A DNA stretch of 64,000 nt from Toensbergia leucococca (taxonomy: Eukaryota), in assembly GCA_022813965.1 (NCBI GenBank), contig JALDZS010000135.1, positions 1-64,000 of the forward strand, written 5' to 3'. Every line of letters begins with the position of its first letter. Position 1 is the stretch's first letter. The notes beneath the pieces are model-generated. The model worked only from the letters and a program-made list of their open reading frames with translations. It was not told the DNA's origin and searched no databases. Made by a program: the position numbers and the translations under genes. Positions 12,524 to 24,869 of this stretch are shown piece after piece.

Positions 12524-15500
12524 ATGTACTCTTCTCTTCACAAATTTATCCTAGGCGTCGCCGTGACCTTGTTTACCTTCTTGACCGATGCTTTCAATCC
12601 CTCCGCCAATACCAATCTGGCAGTTTATTGGGTAAGCATATGGGTCCTTGCCATCTATGACAGCTCTATTGACAGTCTGTTTGCCTCGTAGGGCCAAGGA
12701 CCTAATCAGAAACGGCTGGCCCACTTCTGCGAAGATAGCGACATTGACATCATCTCCATTGCTTTTGTGAACCTCTTTCCAGATCAAGACCACGGCGGCT
12801 ATCCAGGAACCAATTTTGGCAATCAGTGTGGGTCGGAAACATACAACAATACCGACGGCACACCCAGCCCACTACTCTCCAATTGCCCCACCATAGGCCC
12901 TGATATTTCCTACTGCCAAGCTGTGGGCAAGAAGATACTTCTCTCTCTAGGTGGCGCTTACCCAACGAACTACGAATTAAATAATGATGAATCTGCTGTT
13001 GAATTTGCTACCTTTTTATGGGGTGCCTTTGGGCCCAAGAAAGAAGAGTGGACTGGTCCAAGACCCTTTGGAGAAGCCTCGGTGGATGGATTTGATCTTG
13101 ACATTGAGTCTGTCATCACCCCGGAGCCTGCCGATCTATCGTATCAGTACCGCGGATACGCTACCATGATTGACACACTTCGCGGCTTCTATGCTCTCGA
13201 AGACGTAAAGGAATACTACATCTCGGGTGCCCCTCAATGCATAGTACCCGACGCCCATTTGGCAAACGCCATAGAGAATTCTTGGTTTGACTTTCTTTTC
13301 GTGCAGTTTTACAACACTCCTCAGTGCTCAGCCCGTGCCTTTTTCAACCACACCTATGGTGCTTACGGTGGTCCATCAACTGATATCTCCTTCGATTCCT
13401 GGGTTCATTTCGTGCAAAGATCTTCTAAGAATTCCGAAGCTAAGGTTTATCTGGGTCTCCCGGCAGCTCCAAACGTCACTTATGATGCTCCCATGTACAT
13501 AGAACCAACCGAGGCTCAAATCTTGATTCAAACTTTTCAGTGCAAGTACCCCAATATCTTTGGTGGTGTCATGGTATACGAAGCAACGTACTCGGAGGAC
13601 TATCCCGTTGACGGAAAATCGTACGCCGATGAGGTCAAGGGCCTTTTAGAGAATTGCAAATGTGGTAGCAATTCGTCGACAACCAGTTCCTCGAGCTCTA
13701 CGTCCTCGTTCTCTCTAATATCGTCCACCCTTTCAGTCTCGTTGCCGACTTTGTCGACTTCGAGTACGCCGTCGAAGCCTTCAAGTGCCTCACCTTCGCC
13801 TACTTCGACATCAAGCTTGAGCAGTCGCGCAACTCTGAAGCCGAGCACAATCGGCGTCTCGAATTCTTCATCTAGATATACAATTGCTCCGTCCAACGTA
13901 TCCGTCTCAGCGTCAATCCCAACATTTTCATATAGTAGTACCGTCGGATTGAATTTAAGCACGAGCACCGGTATTCCCCTATCTTTGAGCACAAGCCAAA
14001 GCCTTGCTCCAGTGACAATCTTACCGTATAGCAGCTATAGCAAATACAACGTCTCTTCACCTACGTCAAGTGGACAGCGACCTTCAATATCTGCATCCTT
14101 CTCACCATACTCTAATTTGTCATCGGACTCCGCTGGACCAACAAGTACCTCCAGTCGATTTTCGATGTCTGTGTCAATTTCACCATACTCCACTATGTCA
14201 TCATTTTCAGCTCGACCAACAAGTGTTTCTAGTCAAACTGTACTGTCTCGACCATTGTTGAGTGCTCCATACTCAACGAGTAATAGCTCCGCCGCATTGG
14301 GCCCAACAGCCTCTGCGACGTCTGAAACTTCATTCACTACCGAGTACAGTACCATAGTAATAAGTACATGTGCCTCGACGGTCCTGAACTGTCCTGCACG
14401 TTCGACTACTGTGGTGACATCTATCTTTCCAATCCCAACGACGGTATCTCCTTCGAGCTCTGGGTCCTCGAAAAGTTCAATTCCAAACAGTCACCTTAGC
14501 TCCTCCTATACGAATTCACCAACCGCCTCTACGGGGCTCTCTTTAAGCTCTGGATCCTCGGATGTTTCAGAGTCATCCGATCTTCTTGGCTCCTCGGATG
14601 CAAATTCTCCGACCACAGCTAATTTTGCGTCTGTCTCTTCTCAATCAGCCACAATTCAGGAGATTCTTACAACAGAGATGTAAGATCATACCAAATTCAG
14701 CGTTCATGGGTTGAAGCTTATCTCTGCATTTAGTATCCTGACAACCGTTACTACATGTCCAGTAACAAACACGTTGACATCTGGTAGCAGTCAGTTCGTA
14801 CAGACAACATGGTCCGTGTCAACGATTTACGAAACCACCTTTTCAACCATCTGTACAAAATGTGATATACCAAAGCCCAGTTCCTTGAACAGTGGCCTAA
14901 CGGCAATCTTGATTACTATCCCGACTTCGACAGCACCCTCTTCGTCTCTGGTTGTACCAACCTTAGGAGCTTCTGCACAAAGCCTGTCGTCTTTTAGCCC
15001 CTTAATACTAAGCTCAAGTACTACCATATCTGCGAGTATTAAATCACAATCATCGAGTTTCGGGGCCAATCCAACAGAATCCCAAGAATCGTATCAGCCA
15101 ACCTTGAGTTCGCTTTCTTCTTCTGCTGCTTCTGCCTACGAAGCTACCGCTGTGTCCACTGCCCAACAGGCCGCATCCACGACTTCTAGTGAAACACTTC
15201 CCGCTACTCCCAGTACGGCTGGAGAATCACCCAGTTCCGCCTCAGAAGCCACACCGTCATCTTCCACCCCAGTAACAACTACATATGTCACTTCAACAAC
15301 TCACCTAACCCTCACCATACCCACCACCGCCCCGCCATCCTCTATCTCCTCCGTTTCCGTCATTTCGTCAAGTACGGCCTCGGTTATCACCCGCACCGTT
15401 GTCCCGATCCCCCTGAACTCAACCCAAACCATGTCTCACAGCTCCACATTCCAAACGCCATTTTCGGATACCGTTTCGTCTTCCAGTAACTCAACGCAGC

Positions 15501-15817
15501 CAACAACAATCGTCACAATGACACTCATCCCAATACCCGTATCCAGCTACCATGCCGCCGTACTCTCGGACATGGCCTCTGCATCGGCATCTTCAGCATC
15601 CAGCGCGGCTGACGACGCCCTACAGGCCTCGTCATCAGCTACCACTGGCGCGACTTCTTCATCAAGTAGCACGGTAGCGAGTTCTGTGTCGAGTAGTGCG
15701 GGAGCTAGCTCAACGCAAGGGACTATGCAGCAATTTACCGGAGCGGCGAGTCAGGCTGGGGAAACAGGAGTCGTAGGATTGGTTATCGTGATGGCAGCTA
15801 TTTTGCTCGTCATTTGA
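12524..15817 (+). CDS. GH18 chitinase (class III / subgroup B) with long Ser/Thr-rich stalk and probable GPI anchor
   Basis: Signal peptide MYSSLHKFILGVAVTLFTFL; AVYW|GQG split by intron 12632-12691; LLSLGGA; catalytic DGFDLDIE; SGAPQC; VQFYN. Second intron 14680-14733. C-terminus FTGAAS followed by a hydrophobic tail. Confidence 0.93.
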
Positions 15818-16586
15818 TCACCTCCAGAGAAAAAAAAAGGGAGAGATTGGTCGTCAAAATTCGTGGAGAGAACGTGTATATGGATTGTAGAATTTTACTT
15901 GCTGGGGGGGTTCGATTGACACCCGGCCATTATCTGTGTATCTATCTATGTATATTTTGCTTCTCGTATCTACTATGAATCCATATCAACAAGCATATTT
16001 GTTTCTTATCTACCACGCCTTTGACGAACCGAACCTCGTAGCTGATCATGGGGAAAAAGGGTCCTCGCCATCCTCCTCATGTTTCAGAATTTTTGATTTT
16101 TTTTTACTTTTTTTACTTTTTTTTTTTGGTGTTGTGGGATTAGGGGAGGAGGGGGGCAGATGGACTTGAGTCTCTTCCTTTTTTCATGTTTACAAAATTA
16201 AGGTTTAATTGTTGGCCGTTTGTGGATTTTCCCAGAGAGAAAGCACCACCCCCAAAAAAAAGAAGAATTTGATATGTTTTTTTTGTGTGGGAATACTTTA
16301 GACGGAGATTTTTTTTTTTTTTTGGAAAATTTGTGAGGGGTGGTTTTGGAGGGGGTTGTTTTGGAGGATGGGGGGCGTTTCTTTAGGGGACGAGAGATGA
16401 GGCCGGGGGATGTGGGAGGGGGGGTGGTTTGAATGGATGTTAGTTGGCAAGTGTAGGTCTCGCACGAGGTGGGGTAAGGGACCTGAAATCATGATGGGCA
16501 TGGGCATGTTTGATGCGGTGGATGAGAATGAGGGATGATATATTCTGTCATAAACAGATACTAGTCTTATAGTGCCGTTCATCATC

Positions 16587-17085
16587 AAAGGTCAATTGGA
16601 ACCCATATCTTATACTTTAGTCGTGTGTTACAAAATGAACCATATCTTATATATTCGTTTCTCAAACGAAAAGGGTCTGAGCTGACGGAGATTCAAATAG
16701 ATTCAGTTGGTTGAGAAATCTCATCATACTTCACTACTAAACCTCCCCCACCACGCACTTATCTATCCTTGTTACACATATGCCTAGTCCGTGGCTTCAT
16801 AGATAGTGCAACGAGAATAAGGTGTGGAGGAAGAGGAGGAGGAGGAGGAGGAGGGGAAGGAGGGTTCGGGTATTTGACACTGATGATGAGGAGGAGGATG
16901 ATGAGTATGAGTCAGTGGGTGAGGATGAAGGAAAAAGAGGGTGGAATACGTACCTGAGAGTCCAACCTCACAAGTAGGAAAGATAAGTATCTTATAGACC
17001 AAAAACACCATCGGTCTCACAAAGTCAACTTGGAACCATATCTTACACTCCTGTAGTATCTTGTAAAGTGACCATATCTTATATT
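16587..17085. repeat. Two diverged copies (about 430 bp apart) of a ~70-bp module, each carrying two CCATATCTTA motifs
   Basis: aaaggtcaattggaacccatatcttatact...gaaccatatcttatatt (16587-16655) vs aaagtcaacttggaaccatatcttacact...gaccatatcttatatt (17021-17085). Confidence 0.7.
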
Positions 17086-17298
17086 GAAGATTATACGGTA
17101 GATTTCTTTCATTCACGCGTGAGTATCTGCTCCTAATCAAAAAAACCCCCGGCTTTCGTATCACGGCGAATTAGGTACACAGTCGGCCACCTGCTCCGCT
17201 TGCACCTTTTTCAGCAAATACCAGTCACCTCCGCTGACCTTTGCACCAGGGGAGGAAATTGAAGTACTTGGTCGGACAGTCACCAACGGTTCATACCC

Positions 17299-18981
17299 TC
17301 AAACTTCAACCTCGACCCTACATTTTCCCTCACCCATTTGCCCCCAACAAGGCGCCCCGTTGATAGCCTTCAACACCCTCATAAACGACTCGGAATCCTC
17401 CCGCTGCACCAATATCTCCTTCTCGCCATCTAGCCACTCCAATCTCATCCTCACGGCCTCAATCGTGTGTTCCTGGTTGAAGAGAGTACAAGCGCCTGAG
17501 GCGAAAGAAAACAGCTTCAGCAAGGACATACAGGAGTGGAGGGTTGTTGGGATGGGGTCTGAGATGTTGGGGAGGTGGAAGTAGAGGGTTGTGAGGATTT
17601 TTTTGCGGTGGGAGAGGCGAGGGAGGGAGGTGCGGGGGACGAATTTGTGAGGGTTGAGGTGTACGCGGCGGATTGGCGCTGGGGTTGTTGCGGAGTCTAC
17701 TCCCGGATGGTAATGAGTTAATGAGGGTGAAGCTTTTTTTGCGTGAGTCGAAGGGGGTGGTGTGATTAGTGAGGTTGGGTGGACTCTTGGTGTTTGGTCC
17801 TTGGGTGTGATAGAGGCGTAGGGAATGCGACTTCTGGTATGGTGAAGGTAGAGGCATGGAGGCGGAGTACAGGGTGGGGGTGATGGTGTGGCGCTGTAGA
17901 GATCGCTCAGAGAGGTCGATGGGGATGGGGATGAGACTTGTTTGCGTTTGAAAGCATTTTGTAGGAAAGACGAATTTGTAGGCCTTGGTGGGAGATTGAA
18001 AGCTAAGTCAAATGGTCTTTTCTTCTTGAGAGCTTCTTTGGCTTTGGAGTAATTGTTGTTGGAAGACGTGAAATCTATTGATTCCAGTAGATCGAAATTA
18101 TGTGGAGTAGATGACATTGGACCAAACATATCACTTTCGTGGTAAGGAATTGGCTCTGGCTCCGAAAGATCGACTATCTGGGACATGGAAGGTGTTGTTC
18201 TGAAAGTAAGATCCTTTTGAGAATTCTGCCCCAAAAGCAGCGACGTTGGGTCTTCTTTGCGTTTGCATTTGTTACCACGGTCATCGCTGGCATTTTTGGC
18301 ATCGTCCATTGAAAGATGGACCACCTCCTGAGATCCCAAAAGTCCCAAGTCTTCAAAGGCAACAGGTAGGATGGAATAAATCTTATCAGATCCTTGCCAT
18401 ATCTTGTAGCTCAGAGAGCCTCTCGGTCCGTCACAATCGCTCTTGACAATATAACGTTTGTTCCTCAGGTCAACCGTCCAGTACCCTCCGTAAATGTTCC
18501 AGGGCTGGCATACTAAACGAGTCTTTGACTTCGAAGGCTCTTGGGGAAATTGGCCCTTTTCAGTGGCGAGAATGATTGACTTTAATGAGCCCGTTGGGAT
18601 TTGTTGAGAATCCAGTATGAAGGGAGGGCGGCGTGAATTGTAGAACTTCTAAGCTTCTTGTAATTTATGAATAGGGATGTGCACAGGAAGGATAGCGGCT
18701 ACGTCGTTCTCGACTTGTTCTTCAGATGATTCGTTGGAGCCTTCTTCGCGAAAAGAACCTTCGTCGACCGCTACTGCATCTTCCCATTCCCTATCTTCTG
18801 ACTGAATCTGTGCATTTCTCTTCGCCCAGATACCTTTCATAATTGCGCTCCTGCTAGCATTCTTTCCTTCTTTGTTCCTCTTGTGAGATGCGCTTGCAGT
18901 CCTTGTACTATTCTTCGTTGCTATCGTCTTCTCCGGCGGTAGGTGAGCGCCCATGCAGCCTTTAACCACTGTTCGAGCCAT
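17299..18981 (-). CDS. Hypothetical protein of about 560 codons, interrupted by a single in-frame TAG
   Basis: ORFs 18649-18981 and 17299-18348 share a frame, and the 18648-18349 linker is stop-free (KFYNSRRPPFILD...WNIYGGYWTVDL...). The only visible lesion is TAG at 18649-18651. The C-terminal region looks globular. Confidence 0.6.
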
Positions 18982-19767
18982 GTCCTTGTAGTTTCATATT
19001 GGGAAGATAGTCGAGAAATAAGGACTTGAGAAGCGGTAGGACGAGGGAACGACTTACCTTACCGATGCTTCCTTGGAGATGGACACTTGCACTACGTCAA
19101 AATGCAACAGCGTGACCAACAAATATCTATCGCACCAACTTAGCTTCGATGACTTCTTTCTTTTGTGTAGTAATGTGGAGACGCAAAAGCATGTCTGTGG
19201 CGGCAAAGATCGAAGAAGGATGGGACCTAGAAATGAATATGAAATAGAAAATGAAATGCTTCATTGACTGGCATCTACTCCAACTAGATTGGATAAAGCA
19301 CAAACCTAAATTCGTAATCTTACTCACCTTAAATGCCTGACTTTCAATTGACAGCCCTCTACTATCGAATCAGACTGTTGCACCTGTTGGGCACGCGCAA
19401 TTACTGATCAAGTAGGAAATGCAGCCATCTGACAGTAAGAAAACTGTGGCTGTTTTACTACTTCAAAAGTCGAAGTCTTTTACAAAGTCCCTTCAAGCAC
19501 ATCACCTATCCAAAGAGACTTCACATGGCCTGTCTCAACCTGAGGAATCTCACAATCTAGAAGTACATTTGGTATGTCGCCTTGCCGTTTCCCCATAGAG
19601 AACAAGACGAGCCATTGCTCCCTACAGTCTCCCAGTATCCATTACACTAAGAGAATGGCTGTGTTGTCCGTCGTATTGACCATCTATCTCGATCCTGTCC
19701 TATTGGAGGTAAAGTTGGTGCTTTGGATACTCTTTGGCCGTAGCCCGACACTATACACCTGAGCGTA

Positions 19768-20758
19768 CTAGCAGTCAGTGAGGTCTATGACCTGTCCATC
19801 CAGTCCCTGCCTCATAATAACGGCCTTCTTAGCTGCTTTTTCTCGCTTCCGAGCAGCTGTGTTTAGTTTCTGGGTCACCTCTTCGAATGCTCGCTGGTAC
19901 GACAATTAGTCAATGATGATTTCAAGATAAAGAATAATTGCAATCAGCCGTGTCGTACCTCCATCTTCGCAATCTGGATATCTAGTTCAAGACGGCGACG
20001 TTTTTGCTATGCCGCGTGTTAGTAGAGGTATTCGTGAGCTCAAAAAACTCACGCACTCTGAGCTCTTGCTCATCGCTAGAACCATCCATCTCATGTGGAG
20101 TCTCAGCTACGGCGGGGAACGCAGTAATAGGATGCTTAGGTAGTGGTGGCGAAGTTCCATCCCGAGTCGCTAGATTCTCTTTCGGTGGCTGTACTTTGAA
20201 ACAAAGAATCAATGAAGGGATACCACTTGGCCCAAGCCAAGGCCATTCGGGCTTTTGAAGATAGCAGGTCCATCTCTTTGGTTGTAAAGCCGAGTGCGCT
20301 TCAAAGGAAGAGACTGGAGACATGGAATCTGTCACACTTCGGCGATGATGCTGCCATGGATGTTCTCTTTTCATGGGACTTTGACCCAACATGGCTCGAT
20401 CTGCTTGACTTCGCTTCTTGAAGACTCCGAAACGTGGGAGATAGCGATCTCTTGGTCCAGGATGTAAAATAGTTGAAGATGCCATGTGTGAAGGAGAAAG
20501 GAGCAGTATTGAAGTGAGGACGAAAGCTGAAGACTTTGTGAATCGAGAGCAATTTCGAAGAGGAAACACTACGTGGTCATATCCTGGATTTGCTTGCTTC
20601 ATATCGCCTATTGTGCGTTTTCCAGATTCACTGCCTTGTCTTACCTGATGACCATGATCTTCCAATCACACTCACTGATCTAAATCCATTCATCGTTACT
20701 TGATGGAAAGTCTCATAGTTCGATGAGAATCTATCATCGTTTCCTAACTCGTCTTCCA
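19768..20758 (-). CDS. Hypothetical protein with C-terminal coiled coil; 5' structure uncertain
   Basis: Two GT-AG introns with branch-site motifs join DEQELR|QKRRRLELDIQIAKME|RAFEEVTQKLNTAARKREKAAKK...VIDLTDC*. The ATG at 20758 is tentative. Confidence 0.45.
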
Positions 20759-21590
20759 TTGCGTTGGCGTTTATTTGATTACTTGCAGGCTACTGTAGTA
20801 GAAGAGGAGACAGTTAAAAGATCCGTCACCAAATCTCAACAGGCAACAGCTGTGCATCGACTAGAGGGCTTCCTCTGGATTTGATACCTTCGTTGAAGAA
20901 AGCCTCCTGCGAAGTACATCTACACAGCTGGTTCAGATGACTTAGTAGGCAGTAGTGTAAGCAAAAGTAGAATTTGAAGTCTTCTCACAGGAAACGGTGG
21001 TCCTGGCCTTGATGGCGTGTTGTATTTGGCACGGGCCACCCGCCCGTCTCCCTTTTCTTATCTAAATCTTTCTTGCCTCGAACTTTTAAATAATTCTCAA
21101 TTTTTCTCTCAACTTCTTCAGCGTTGGCCCAATTTGCCCCATGTGTCTGACCAGCTCCCACATGACTATTGATCCTTGACTAAGACGAGTGGGTAATTCT
21201 CCGTCGAGAATCCTGACACACCCTCACCGGGACTCGTTTGATCCCCACAAACATCCACGCGGCAATTAAGTAAATACGGTGAAGGCCAAAACTAATTCGT
21301 TTCTCTCTCCTACCTTCCTAAATATTAGCATATTTCCCCTACTTCTTACCACTGTCAATGTGAAAATTCCAATCTTCTGATATTTTGTTCCGAGAAGCTG
21401 CCTTTCATACACTAGGAACTACAACCCAATTATCCATATGACGTGCTTGGAAATGTATGCGCATCTTTCCCAACGACCCGATGGTATGGATAGTCTGAAG
21501 GCCATGGCCATCATGGTGGGAAGTCGTGGGGGCGCTTGGTCTTTTCGTGTACCCTGGTTTCACTACTGTCACGTTGAAGGAGATGCGTTC

Positions 21591-23084
21591 ATGCGACAGA
21601 CCTTCAATCATTGTAAAAGCATGCTTGTGGCCTGCTCTCTGCATTTTCACGCCGCAATCATCACAGCCCGCCCGACATGACTACTCAAATCGTGTATCCT
21701 CTCAACCCTGTATCTCCAATCTCACCTGACTTTCTGATGTGTAGCCATGTTTATGGACAGAACCTTCTAACTAAGGATTGTCTTGCGGCAGCCCAATACC
21801 TACGACGCGGCTGGCTTCCCATTGTGTACTTCACAAATCATCCGAATGAACCCACCATGATCCCGCACATTACATCTGCTGGTTCGTAGCCTTGACGGTG
21901 CCAATTTAATGGAAGATTTGGGCACTAAAATCAGATTCTAGGTGGCTGTTATATCACCGTCGACATAGCAGGTCCTAGCATTCCCTCTACTATCACTGTC
22001 AGCCCGAACGACCTACGTTCAATGGCAGGACAAATAGTTCAAACCTGTGTGACTGAGTTGGATGGCTTGGGTGGATTCATTACAAAAGATTTGGAAAATT
22101 TGATGGACTGGGTTGTTAGGCCTTCGTGGGAATATAGGAACCCGTATCGTCAGTTCTCCAAGCCTGCCATTTGCCCCTCACAGTACTCGCCGCTAACCTA
22201 GTACCGAGCCTCAAAGCACCAAACACCTCATTCCTGACGGTCACTGTGAGTGGCGAAAGAGGTCTACACAAAAGACCAGGCGAGAGAGATCCTGCTATCC
22301 CGTTGGCAGTTGTTGCCCGGGAGAATTCAAGGGCAGCTTTTCTCCCATCAAATAGCCTTGTGCGGTCTTTCGCTCAAGTTGGAGCGTTGCACTGGCAGAC
22401 TGTAGCTTTTGGCATGGCGCGAGGTGGCAGTACCCCATGGTGGCAAGCAGGAATAGTCCCAGAAGCATCTGATGAGATGACCTACGAATGCGATGCCGGT
22501 CTGGGCAGCCCTGCCGTAGTTGATTGCTCTCAGATACAGTGGCAACAACTTGCCTCTAGAGGAGCTACAGTGACAGTCGCACCAGGTGAAGCCTACTTCT
22601 TTCTTTCAAGTGAGTAGGGAGGAAACGTTGCTCTTGATGACAACGTGTCGATAGTCATCCGCTGACACTACAAAATAGATTCCTGCTATCTTGCCATCTC
22701 CGCCACAGAATCAATGACACTTCTCTGGACTCACATCCAAATCGCCATGGCCACACTCATGAGCCTCTGCATCCAGAACCCGACACAGCCATCACAAGGA
22801 GGCAGAGCTTACTACAAGCGCACAACAACACAAATCGGCACCCCAAAGCGTCGATGGTGGAAGAGGCAAGATGATACTACAGGTATGTAGAGTCCATCGA
22901 AATGACTAAAAAACAAGACCCTAATGCCGCATTCATATCAGGATTGAACGCTCTCCCACCCGGCGCAAACATCACCATATTCTCGCAGCATGAACCCTTT
23001 ACAAATCCAACGGACGAGCTCAACACTTGTACTTGGCATGCGATCATGAAAGGAACTTCAATATCAGCTTGTGATATCGCTTAG
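21591..23084 (+). CDS. Cys-containing, probably secreted hypothetical protein, 5 exons; signal-like leader is out of frame with the body
   Basis: Introns 21882-21941, 22149-22216, 22610-22678 and about 22883-22941 splice into one open frame from ATG 21677 to stop 23084. The upstream leader MRQTFNHCKSMLVACSLHFHAAIITARP is offset by one base near 21670. Confidence 0.65.
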
Positions 23085-24869
23085 TCATTTTGATTGTGGA
23101 GTGAAAAGCCAAAATGTAAATAGTACATTAAGCACCCCCCCCAATCCGATCCAATAAGCGCTCGGATAGAACCGAATAAACAATCTGAACCGCACCCTCA
23201 ATCAATGCAATCCCCCTACCTCCCCACGTACTTAGCCACAAGCCCATGACCCCATCCCACACCAAGCACCCCACTCCAACCCATGCTCCCCACTATCTCC
23301 CACGGGGCTTTCCCGCAACCCCGTCTCTCATACTTTCACTTTGGTGTTGGAAGAGCGCACCGAAACCCGAGAGAGGAAGTGAGAAATTGAGGGGAAAATT
23401 GAATTACGTTTCGTACAAAAGCCAGAAAGAAAAAAAGGACAACTGTTTTTGAATCAGTAATTAACAGGAGCTTGAACAACCAAACATTCCTCTCCCTCCC
23501 TCCCTCCCCCCCACAAACTTCCGCGCCACAAAAAACCCTTATACGAATCATATTTTTATTTTTTTTAAGAATAGCCAATATCACACATCTCCGACAAGTT
23601 ACCAAAGTGCTCATTTGGACTGTAGTTTACTATGAACACCCCCTTTAAAAATGCCCCTTGTTTTTTTTTGAAGCAGGTGGGGTTGAGTGGTCTTGAGTTT
23701 TGAGAGATTTGGATAATGGTGAGTGTGAGATGATGGGGGTGGCCCTTGACTTTGAAGGAGAAGGGGGTGAGGGTTGAGTGAAGAGTTTGTGAGAGGGAAG
23801 GAAGGGAAGAGTGAAAGAGAGGTGAGGTGAGGCGAGGAAGGATTTGATTGAGGTTCGTTCAAAGAGCTGGATGAGGATGAGAGGGGATAGGTGAAGGGTG
23901 AGAAAAGGAAGGGGATGTTGTAGAGGAATACGTTGTTTGTTTTATCTTTCTTGTTTCTCTTTTTCTTTTCCCCTTTTTCTGAGCGACTTTTTTCTTGGAA
24001 CAATGTTACCTGTGTTCTGTTTGTTGTTTGAACTTGGTGAGCGGGAACTGTATGGTGCTTTGTAGATCGTAATCATTGATTTCGTGAGAAGAGCGGGCTG
24101 CAGCAGCGGTGGGACGGATACTGTGGCCGTTGAGTTTTCGCGGATTCAAAGGTGTCTCGCTACTTGCGGACACCACGGATAGCGGCGAAAGTGGGGAGGC
24201 TGGGGTGCAAAAAGTTCCACTCACCACATTGTTGCACCTTTGAAATAAAAAACAACTTTTGAGCTCAAGAATCGAACTATCTAGCTATCTACCAATCGAC
24301 CTTTTGTGCATTATTATTCTTGTAAAGTAATCGCTCAAATTCATAAAACACTTGACAAGGGGAGAAAAAGAGGGAAGGAACAAGGTGGGAGACGATAGCT
24401 ATCAGCTGGTCAGCGCTAGTCACCCAGGCAGGAGAGATCCTGAGCCGAGTCCAATGCCAACGTCAGTCCCTCCTTACTTTCGCATACCATTACTGCAGTC
24501 CGACTCAACAACTTGCTTCGACTCTTTACAAACTGTATTCGGACAAGAAAGACCCTGAATGGGTTTCCTGGACGAGGATTTGAAGGAAAAAAAGGGAATA
24601 TGCTTTTACACGAAAGGAGAGCAAGTTTTCTTTCGCGACCCCAAGGATGAGTCTGGAGCGACACAGCTACCGGAACCATTAGACGGCCTTTCCTGGACGG
24701 CCTCCCAAAGTTTGATCAAGCTCCCACGCAAGATATAATCTCTGATCGGACTGTCAAAAAGCACATTTTGCAATGAGGCGGACACTGACATTAAGCACAC
24801 TGTGGATGGGGTGAGCCATGACCGCAATTCTCGTGACCGAAACTGTCTCGGTCCTATGGTGGCATGACC

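Noticed and set aside
23250..24010. ORFs in purine/pyrimidine-biased low-complexity DNA
   Set aside because: Translations reflect simple-sequence composition and show no domain motifs or splice structure.
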